Part shown: positions 11,151 through 20,000 of the stretch, one piece after another
Numbering within the stretch: position 1 is the first letter of the stretch
How the letters are laid out: each line of letters starts with the position of its first letter
NCBI GenBank assembly: GCA_000934665.2
Contig: JYFJ02001520.1
Location: forward strand, 57,051 to 77,050
Direction: 5' to 3'
From: Catajapyx aquilonaris
Taxonomy: Eukaryota
DNA: 20,000 bases
The notes under the pieces: generated by a model
What the model was told of the DNA's origin: nothing
Database searches by the model: none
What the model saw: the letters and a program-made list of their open reading frames with translations, nothing else
Translations under genes and position numbers: made by a program

Positions 11151-11546
11151 TATCAATAAAATATCAATTAAAATATCAAACAATAATATCAATAAAGTAT
11201 TAAAAATAATATCAACAAAATATCAACACAATAAATAATATCAACAGAATTTCAAACATCAAATAATAAATAATAAATATCAATAAAATGTCAAAAATGG
11301 ACATACAGGGTGGTCCAAGTTCAAGTGTCGTTTTATAACGGCGATTAATAGCAGTGATTTTGCGATGACGTAGCAGCGACGCGTAAAATGTCCCACTTCG
11401 GCGCATCTTCGGCGCAATCGAAGTGGGCAATTTTACACGTCGCTGCTACGTCAACCTTAAGCGCTTCTATTAATCGCCGTTATAAAACGACACTTGAACT
11501 TGGACCACCCTGTATAACAAATTTAATAATATCAATTAAAATATCT
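11151..11546. repeat. AT-rich low-complexity degenerate (AATATC-AAT/AAA) repeat, interrupted by the MITE
   Basis: Many AATATCAA units at 11151-11295. AATATCAATTAAAATATC occurs both before (~11160) and after (~11529) the MITE. Confidence 0.8.
11306..11512. mobile_element. Non-autonomous MITE, Tc1/mariner-type (TA target duplication, CAGGGTG termini), 207 bp
   Basis: Perfect 46-bp terminal inverted repeats (CAGGGTGGTCCAAGTTCAAGTGTCGTTTTATAACGGCGATTAATAG at 11306-11351, reverse complement at 11467-11512), flanked by TA at 11304-11305 and 11513-11514. A second internal 35-bp inverted repeat with 3 mismatches (TGACGTAGCAGCGACG...CCCACTTCG) makes nearly the whole element a foldback. No coding capacity. 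Confidence 0.92.
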
Positions 11547-14500
11547 TGCAACTGGGGAATAGCTTTGGTGAAGTTGTTATCAGAACAATGGAGCTGCGCG
11601 AGTGCGTGTGCGCACTCGGTTGTGCTCGTAAAAAAAAAAAAACTTCATCATTCTGTAGTGTAGTGTAAGCCAACTTCATCACGTTGTTTCTGCGCCTTGT
11701 TATAGGAGGCGACCCAACAAAACATGACAAGGTTTTCTTGGTTAATTACATGTCGGTGTAACGCCAGCCTTCACCATCATCTTGGCCCCTGTCGGATGCT
11801 GGGATGTAACAAGATCAGAGTCCGCTGCCTTGGCTCGAGTTTGGGCGAAAGTATCGCAATTATCGCACTTTCAAGAGGCTGCAGCTAGCTAGCTTTTCTA
11901 GGACACGAGGTCAGACACTCGATGCGCTTCGAAAGATTGCTCGTGGGCTGAAAACCAGAGACAAACTTTTATATATACACCGGTGCATCTATAGGTCAGG
12001 GCGGGGTGTTTATTTTAAGTCAGGGCGCGTCGTAGACCATTGTCGCGCTTTAAATGAGCAAAAAATATTCGCACTTTCAAATCGAACCTTTTTGCTGATT
12101 AAAACGAGACTATGAAAGTGTGTGTTTTTTTTGGTGTGCTATTGGTCTGCCGCCACGAAGGTCAAAACCTGATTCCAGAGAAAAATCTAACGAATTCTGC
12201 CCGGGCGGTACCCGGATTTTGCCTCTTTGATATTGACGTGAAAGGTTAACCTGAATGGTAATGTACGTACCTCATTTACGTAAGTAGATCTCCAGCGCAG
12301 TCTTTTCTCACGCTCGGCCCCGATTACCAATCGTGATCTTAAACGGGGGGAAAAAAAAAATTGCAGGTGAGCAATCAACACTTATTGCGCACTGTGTTTA
12401 CAAATTCTAACAATTTGTTCGTCTACAATTATGAAAACTAGTAGCGGACTCGGACGAGATAATAAGGGAATTAGTAGTATGATTAGATAATAATTACAGT
12501 GGACTAACATAATAATAATAACATGACCTTTTATGAGTTTACGTTGTCGCCTTTTTTTTTTAAAAAAAAAGGGTCAACAAATCATTATGTAGTACTGTAA
12601 GCACGTTGGACACGACAAACATTTGTCCCGGGTGATGACGATGGGCCTAACAGGGTGTGATGAAAAATTGGGCAAGACATTTAGCGGCTGCCTTTGAGTA
12701 GAAGGGTTAATAACCTTCAGCACGGTAGTCCAGGCTTATGCAGCAGGACAAGGGGGCTTGCCTTATACCTCTTAACCTCAAACACCGCCTTGTAATTATT
12801 TGTTTGTAATGATTTGCCTTGGAGGGACAAGTCGGTGGCAACTTTTTTTTTCGGCTCGTGTTTTACTACCTTACCATTTACACTACGCATGTTTCACAAT
12901 GTGGCGTCATTTTGTGTGGAGTAAAAGCAACAGACATTGTTTCAAAATAAGTCTCTCATTTTTATAGAAGCTTGTTCAGAGACCGACAAAATGACATGGC
13001 GCTAACCAGTGATACTATTAACTCGGGTTATTGCACTGCAAATTATTATAATTAGAGATGAGTGAATGATGCACTTTATAGTGGCGGCATGTGGTCTCTG
13101 GACAAAGTGTATGCACTTTTAATTTTTCATGCACACAATTATTTACAGTATATGAATGATCATGAACCATAAAGTGCACTTTGTTTGTCTGCTTTATTTT
13201 CCGTTATGCAATAAAAGTTGTACAATAAAATCATAATTATAAACGCAAAAAAAGTCATATTTACAACATAACTGCGGCAATATGCTGAAATGTGAATCTT
13301 TTATGCCCTAATTTGGTTGCAATGAACAAATACTTTTTACTGGCAGATATAAATACAGTAAGCCCTATAATGGTTGGCGCACATTGGTTTTTCCGTTAAC
13401 ATTCGTCAGGAAAAACAATAATTGGCTTTCAGATAATGCATTGCTATTTTTACATATTTTTACATATAGCAAGATAGGGCTGAAATTCCAAGGCAAACTC
13501 CGCAAATTTTCTCGCCTTGAGCTGGAAGGAACTTTGCCCGCACTTTTTTTTTGAAAAAACGAATATATTTTTTTCTTTCAAGAACCGGGCTTAAAGGGAT
13601 TAGGTCAAAAGAGGAGACGTCGAGCTCTGGAAGGGAAACAAGGTCATTTCAGTTACTACGCATTTAAAAGGAGCAAATATCCGAGGATTTTCTCGTTTCT
13701 TTTCCTACGGGGGCAATGGCGAAAATGAAAAAAGGAAGAGAATTTGGGAGGCATCAAAGACACCCTTTTTCTCTTTCACTCAGCCCGTTTCATTTCTGCA
13801 GAAAAAAGGGAAAGGTCAGACTGCATCTCTTCCAGAGAGGCCAATTATGCCCTCTATATCTTTCGATTCAATTCTTCCTTGAATACCTTCAATGCGATGC
13901 AATCCCTGCTCGCTTCCTTCTGAAAATGCAGGGGTTCCAAGTGGGGGTTCATCCATCTTCAGATCATTTTGAGAGGACCTTCCTTTTTGTTTAGGTATGA
14001 AAAGCCTCTTTCTCGCTCTCTGCCGCTTTTTTTTTTGGAAAATGAGGCGAAAGGAATTTTTCGCTGAAGTGTCTCGAAAGTGGGCTATATTCCTTCAGTC
14101 GCGTCGTCTCCTGAAAATTATGAGTCGAGAAAAGGAGATCTAAGAGCAAAAATTTTCTGGAGACGGTGCTGGAATTACGCTCCAGAAATTTTAGGCTTTA
14201 TATAGTGTGGGAGACCCCAAGGAAACCTATATACCAAAGAAACTGTTTTTGTTGGATTCTGTGAGTTTCTTGGCCTTTTGTTTCGTGCCCGAGAGGCGAA
14301 AACTCTGATTTTGTAGTTTGGCTGCAAAATGCGGAAACTTGGGGCTCAATCTTAACGCCTGCAGGCTTCCATTCCGTTTCTTATTTGCATGAATCCAAAT
14401 GATGATGCAAAATTTTGGGGGAAAGTTGTTAAATATGTACGAACACCAAACTTGACTAAAAATAATCATAACACTTAAAATATTATCAAATATGCGATTT

Positions 14501-14724
14501 TTTTTGGGACAAATATGCGATTAGATTATTGATTCTTCCTATGCGACATCAATGCCAATGGCCTGAAAACTGCAATGATGGCAAATTTTTTTTTCGCAAC
14601 CTCAGCTCTCAAAATGGCTGAATTGAAAAATCATTTGGGCCAACCCCCCTCTGTGCGGATTGAATTATTTTCCAATTTTGCGATTCGATTGGAAACTCAA
14701 TCGGATTGTCAATATAGGTCATTT

Positions 14725-14748
14725 CTCTCTCTCTCTCTCTCTCTCTCT
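14725..14748. repeat. (CT)12 microsatellite
   Basis: Direct reading of an uninterrupted CT dinucleotide run. Confidence 0.95.
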
Positions 14749-17472
14749 TTCGTCGAAAAGTCCCAGTCATCATGAATTGCAGACCTCATTATCAATTTGG
14801 CCAATAAAGAGCCTAGTAAATGTAAGTCAGATTTCCCCCTACAAAGATTAACGAGTAATTTATGATAAAATATGAATGGATCAGAAAGTTTCCTCTGGCT
14901 CCAGAGATTTTATTATATAACACAAAGCCGTGACCTGCAGTTAGCATTATCCAATATCGGATAATCTGCGAGTGTGCTGACGACCACACTGATCCTAATT
15001 AGGCAAACCCAACAGAGTGAAGGACATGTCCAACATTTTCTCTGTTGGTCAAGGATTGTTATCTCATTGCGGTACAAAAAAAATTAAACCGCTACTGGAT
15101 GATGACCTCGGCTAGAAACGGATCAATCTAGTGGTCACTTCATCTCATCAAGGCTAATGAATAGTGTGCTGCTATACAAAGCAAAAATAAAATACTTCAG
15201 ATCCGACCGCCTGAATTTTATGTGCAAACATTTTTTTTTTTGCAACCAGATTAGCGCCTCTTCCATTTTTGAGGCGAATCTAGTCGGCGTACATTTTTTG
15301 CGTTTAAAAATTCATTCTCGGTGCCGAAAAAAGTGAGTGGAAAATGCGATACTTGAGCTCTAGAGAATTGCAGATTTTTTTTGCGAATGTAATGTGCAGA
15401 TTTTTTTGTGCGAGCGAGAACCAGCTAGAATATGCAAAAATTGAAAGCTGGAGACGGCTGGATAGGTAGGATTAGCATGAAATTCTTAACTAACTGTTAA
15501 ACCAGATTTTGGTGCTGACTTGGCCTTTAAATTTTATAGACTATATAACTCATGAACCCTGCTGCACCTGCTGTGGTCTCATAATTAGACACGTTTCATA
15601 TCAAATGAAGTTTCGGCGCAGAACAATTTCTGACTATATTAGAACATAGTTTCGCGAACTCTGGAGAACAACTTCTGACGTGATATAGCCATGATGCATA
15701 TAGAGTAGTGCGAAAATCCGTCTCTTAATTGCACAATATACGTCGCAGCAGAAACGCTAATAAATCCAAACTCCGCGCGATTAATCCTCAGGGGACAATT
15801 CGAAACTGGGTAATTGGAGGATAGTTTTGGTGTGTCGGCTTTGGCAAGCAAGAGGAACACATTCAAACAAGCAAATGGGACAAGGATTGTCCTTGGATAA
15901 ATTGGATCCAAGGATATGAAGGCGGTTAATGAAATTCTAGCCCGGGTGTTACCGGAGAATTTAGGCTGTACAATGCGGGTATTACTTCATGTTAATTGCA
16001 CTGGCGAGGTCATTTTGCGTAACGGGCTTTTTTTTTGGGGGGGGGGGAGGCCATAGATTGTAACTTTTTGGCCAGAAAAACTAGGTAACATTATGAATGA
16101 ACAATACGGTTTACATTGTGCATGTTAGCGGTACATTCTGGGGTGTGCTTTTTTGCGTAGGAAGTCTAACCACACTTCTTTGTTTCGTCTATAAAGTGAC
16201 AAAAGGCTGACCACAGTATTACCAATTGCAAGGGACATTTGAATTTCAAACTGCTCCGTAGTTTTTGAACACTGCATTGTGGGTATGCCATGAAATTCTA
16301 TAGATGAAGGGGGGTGAGTTGCGAACTGTAATTTGCAGCCTTTTGTATCGGCTTACTTTGTTCATACGATGCAAAAGCATACACGTAGGCTACCAAAAGG
16401 ACGGCCAGACGCCTTGAATTTATTTAGCATAACTATGCTGCCATATCGATGCAGAACATATAACCATATTATGAATTTTTCATATCCTGGCTGTGCACAT
16501 TTTTAAGAAAAATTGCCCTTCAACTGCGTGAACTCTATGTACTGTATATACAATGGTGGGTAATGAATCAATATTTGATGTTTGAAAAATTTTCCTCATC
16601 TAGTAAAGTACCCTTTAATAACTCACTGCACAGATTGAAGTGCGTATTAAATAAGGCTAATTGACACACTTGCAACCTAGGGCATAATATCATATAACCT
16701 TTCATTTTTCCGAAAGAAAAGGTCGGGGCAAGTTGCACTGAACTCGAGCTAATTAACCCAGATTGGTAGGTAATATAGTCTATGATTTCAAATTACTACA
16801 GTTTGAATCAAAAATGTTGTTTTTGATTCTCCGTACAGTCTAGATGTCAGCCTCCGATGATTTACGAGGGAAATAGCACTGCAGCAGTAACTAGCATTTG
16901 AGCAACTTGATTTATATTCTGGAACCGATTTTTTTGGTAATTTTTTAAAAAAAAATTACTGGTATTGTGCGACATTAGGGAATTTTTAAAAAAACTCAAA
17001 CCCAGCACCCATACCGGGGCAGTAATTTTTTTTGCGTTCGCTAATTATGTTTTGAACCTGGCTTCAATAACATCTGCGGAGAACCGCTCTAAGTTTTTAA
17101 TGAACGTTCCCCATTTCCCGGGTGGTCATGTGCGAGTTTCGTATTTTAATTATCAGGACAACCTCTGGCATACGCCCAGGAATATACAAGGAGGTACCCT
17201 CTCGCCCGAAATCAATGAAAACACTGCCATGGGCTGATAGCATTTTAAAACAATTAGGACAGGAAACAGGACCACAAGTGCATGAGGGAGCAAGTGCAGA
17301 GTTATTTCAAAATTGAGTGTTTTCTAAAATCAACAAAACTAATGGTGGATTTTGTCTATATGGATTGGAACGTTGATTAAACACAAAAAGCACTTGTTTG
17401 ATTACTGTAAATAATGGAAAGCTCGCGAGAGGGAAGCTAGATTTTTTTTAAACGTAAAAATTATGGTTCGGA

Positions 17473-17703
17473 TACTGAAAATTTCACTCAAAAAGGAGCA
17501 ATTAGTTGAGTGAATTTCACTCCTTAAAGATTTACTCACATCCAGTGCAGAATTATTCAAAAGCAGAGTGAAAAAGAGTGGAAAGTAATCACTCATTTTG
17601 AGTGACAATCACTCAAGTGATAGTGCTTTTCACTCAAAACGAGTGGAAGATAGTGAAGATCACTAATTTTGAGTAAAAAAACCACTCAATTTTATATAGA
17701 GTG
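17473..17703. mobile_element. CACTC/GAGTG sub-repeat-rich element, probably a remnant of a non-autonomous CACTA/EnSpm-like DNA transposon
   Basis: More than a dozen CACTC/GAGTG motifs form short palindromes such as GAGTGAATTTCACTC, TCACTCATTTTGAGTGA and CACTCAAAACGAGTG. The right end reads TA|CACTCTATATAAAATTGAGTG on the minus strand. The matching left terminus is not clear. Confidence 0.5.
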
Positions 17704-17828
17704 TATATGACTACAGAGTAACAAAAATTACATTGAATCCGACTAATTCACTCTGAATTGAGACGCATCAATTAACTGCGCAAACTGAGGTGGGATGATC
17801 AAACAGTATTTCGACTGATTGGTTTTCA

Positions 17829-18024
17829 GGCCACCGTGCTTTATGCCCAACTTGGGGACCTTTTCAAACAGGGACCAGTGGTGGTCCCAGGTGGATTACA
17901 ATTCAAACAGGAAAACTGGGATCTAGGCATGATTACAATAATCCTTGGAATTAGTCGGGGAAGGGGATGGCTTAGAATTGCAGAGGAGAAGTGTCGCCCA
18001 GACCACACACAAATCGAGGATTAA
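17829..18024 (+). CDS. Possible terminal exon of an unknown gene (ATVLYAQLGDLFKQGPVVVPGG...TQIED*)
   Basis: A strong acceptor-like TTTTCAG|G at 17822-17829 is followed by an open frame to TAA at 18024 with higher GC than its flanks. No recognisable homology and no upstream exons identified. Confidence 0.15.
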
Positions 18025-18427
18025 AACCCACCATTGTTGGCAGCCTCCCCCCACCCGATTATTAAGCTGTCAAGGGGGTTTTATGCTCATTCTTTATTGA
18101 TAAGGATGCAATAGAGCGGAGCTTTTGTTTTTGGCCCAAAAAATTCCCATAACTGAATCCAACCCAAGCCAGCAGGAAGTGCGCTGACCCTTTTATTCTT
18201 TCAAGGCTTACGTAGTACATAATCATCTCAGTCGTGGGTGCGCCTACTTCCTTGAAAAACTTGAGCATTCATTACGGTCTGCTCACCTCTCTTCTCCGCT
18301 GGTTTACCTACATCCCATTTTACAGGGGAAGGTTTGTTGTCTGGGTATGATCCGGAGCACAAAGCAGGTTGCGGTTCCATCTGATGCACTTTTATGGCCT
18401 TATATTGTTCCACCCTTTGTTTCACAC

Positions 18428-18550
18428 TGCGAGCAAGTGGCAACATCGCGACCTAGCTGACCAATCAGGAGAAACCGACACTACATCCTGATTGGTCCAC
18501 TGTTGACCTATGTTGCCGAATCATGCGAACAAGCGGCAACATCTCGACCT
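18428..18550. repeat. Small structured element: 27-bp direct repeats bracketing a symmetric foldback with inverted CCAAT boxes
   Basis: TGCGAGCAAGTGGCAACATCGCGACCT (18428-18454) matches TGCGAACAAGCGGCAACATCTCGACCT (18524-18550) at 24 of 27 positions. A perfect 12-bp inverted repeat GACCAATCAGGA / TCCTGATTGGTC lies at 18459-18470 and 18486-18497. Confidence 0.75.
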
Positions 18551-18611
18551 TGTGACCATATCGGCTCAATATATCTTATTGCTAACATTTTGCCAAATAA
18601 ATTACTCCGGA

Positions 18612-18686
18612 ACTGTCCATCGGAAGGATTCGATCCCAGAACCTTCCGAATGACATCCTGAGGAATTAAAACCTTGGGACCGGTCC
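18612..18686 (-). other. Possible decayed tRNA-derived SINE head
   Basis: The minus strand reads CGGTCCCAAGGTT (A-box-like), then about 45 nt downstream GAAGGTTCTGGGATCGAATCC (variable loop and B-box-like, with GGATCGA in place of GGTTCGA). The spacing is tRNA-like, but there is no intact cloverleaf. Confidence 0.25.
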
Positions 18687-19514
18687 TTGGATCCTGGAGT
18701 TCAAACAACGCGCTTACATCGATTGAGTGCGATCCTGCAGAGTGAAGCGGAACAAGCTGGGGGAGGTTTATAAATAATGCAGGCGTCTGTTCATTCCACC
18801 TCGACTCGAGGTCTGTGGCCAAATGGGGACAAGTCCTAGGCATTTTGCCGATTGCTCTATCCCTACTTTAATAATGCTCTTCCGTCCCTTCCTATTTGCT
18901 CGGCCCCAGAGTGTTGTCGTCGGAATCTGATGCCCTCCCCAACCCGCAGAAGTTGCATCCTTTTCCATGACGCCCGAGAGGGCTATATCCCCTGATTTTG
19001 GGGGGATCAGCTAGGTCTGCCCCCCCAACTCGGTGGAGGTCATTCCGGGCTCTTTTGGAAGGGCGAAGGTCACTAGATGGTCTTATGTCAAGGGGTCCAA
19101 GTCTGAAAGAAATCATCAAACTAATTATGGCTGCCCACAAAGCCATGTCATTAACTTTTTTTTAATCACCTCCCACCTTTGTCATATTCGTCATCTCAGC
19201 CCCATCTTTCTTCTAGGTGTTTTTATGTCATCGCTCCAACTAATCATTCTCACATTGGGCGGGCAAAAGTAGGCTATGTTGGGTGGGGTGTTAATAGCTT
19301 CATTCAATCCATCACAATTCATTTTAAGAACAGGTGACGCAAATAGCTTAAAGCATGATGTTACAAACGTTCATTTAATCAGGAAAAATATACATGATGG
19401 ACAGCTTTTTTTTCAAATGTGCTCCAAAATTTCGGGGATGAAATTTGCGATTTTTTTAAACCTGCAAATATGCAAGGGGGTAATCACTTCGGTACTCCGG
19501 TGTACACCTGCAGT

Positions 19515-19705
19515 GGTACTCTTCGGTACTCCTTTGGTACTCCTTGGTACTCCTTGGTACTCCTCGGTACTCCTCGGTACTCCTTGGTACTCTTCGGTAC
19601 TCCTCGGTACTCCTCGGTACTCCTTGGTACTCCTTGGTACTCTTCGGTACTCCTCGGTACTCCTCGGTACTCCTTGGTACTCCTTGGTATTCCCAGGTAC
19701 TCCCG
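19515..19705. repeat. 10-bp minisatellite, consensus GGTACTCCTY, about 19 copies
   Basis: Direct reading of tandem GGTACTCCTT / GGTACTCCTC / GGTACTCTTC units, with an isolated extra unit at 19491. It explains the overlapping repetitive ORFs at 19276-19851. Confidence 0.97.
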
Positions 19706-20000
19706 TCGGAAGGCGCGACGATAGAATTGATACGCTTACGTACGTAACAAGAGGAGACCAGATGGTTGAGAGAGGAGGAGGTGGGCAAAGGGGGGCATTC
19801 GCTAAACCATTGTTTCCTGCTGACAGAATCATGGATGGGATCAGGCTCTGAGACTACCTATTCTACTAGCTAGTCCATGTCGTTTTGGCAAAGCGCAAAG
19901 GTTTTATGACACAATAATATGCATCATATTAGATTCTCCAAGCCTTCTGGCATGGGCCTACTGGTAAACATTAGTAAAAGTAGTTTTAAAATTCCCCTCA

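Noticed and set aside
11212..11663. Two ORFs sharing INRRYKTTLELGPPC
   Set aside because: They are the two arms of the MITE TIR read on opposite strands.
14487..14522. 13-bp direct repeat CAAATATGCGATT, plus similar small duplications near 13445 and 15370
   Set aside because: These are ordinary slippage duplications in AT-rich DNA with no further structure.
15257..15283. CGCCTC...GAGGCG hairpin followed by CTAGT as a possible Helitron 3' end
   Set aside because: The hairpin is only 3 nt from CTAG (about 10-12 nt is expected) and no matching 5' end was seen.
16600..16618. GTACCCTTTAA as a Kolobok-like terminus with a TTAA target
   Set aside because: There is no matching inverted partner in the window, and the motif is too short to support alone.
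19276..19851. Longest ORFs (191, 139, 110 and 101 aa) with GTPWYSSVLL / EYQGVPRST repeats
   Set aside because: They are translations of the 10-bp minisatellite. The period is not a multiple of 3 and the array is open on both strands, which is typical of an artefact.

Overview
The window is AT-rich eukaryotic DNA, most likely from an invertebrate animal. It has roughly 40% GC by eye, many poly-A/T runs and microsatellites, and no prokaryote-like gene density. It reads as intergenic or intronic sequence carrying short non-autonomous transposons and tandem repeats. I cannot confidently assign any protein-coding gene, rRNA, intact tRNA or CRISPR array, and the ORF track looks like chance ORFs. 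The best-supported features are: (1) a 207-bp Tc1/mariner-type MITE with perfect 46-bp TIRs and a TA duplication (11306-11512), inserted into an AATATC low-complexity repeat; (2) a 10-bp GGTACTCCTY minisatellite with a 50-bp higher-order duplication (19515-19705); (3) an ordered array at 8161-8474 of 14 palindromic GTTGCCATGGCAAC-like (RFX X-box-like) units at a 16-bp period, punctuated by three ~30-bp AGATGGCGC-containing spacers and preceded by a Helitron-like 5' end; (4) a probable related short Helitron at 3439-3689 on the minus strand; and (5) a CACTC/GAGTG-rich CACTA-like element end (17473-17703). The most interesting hypothesis is a Helitron family that carries and amplifies RFX-like and CTCF-like binding motifs. 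This is inference and needs database and genome-wide checks.
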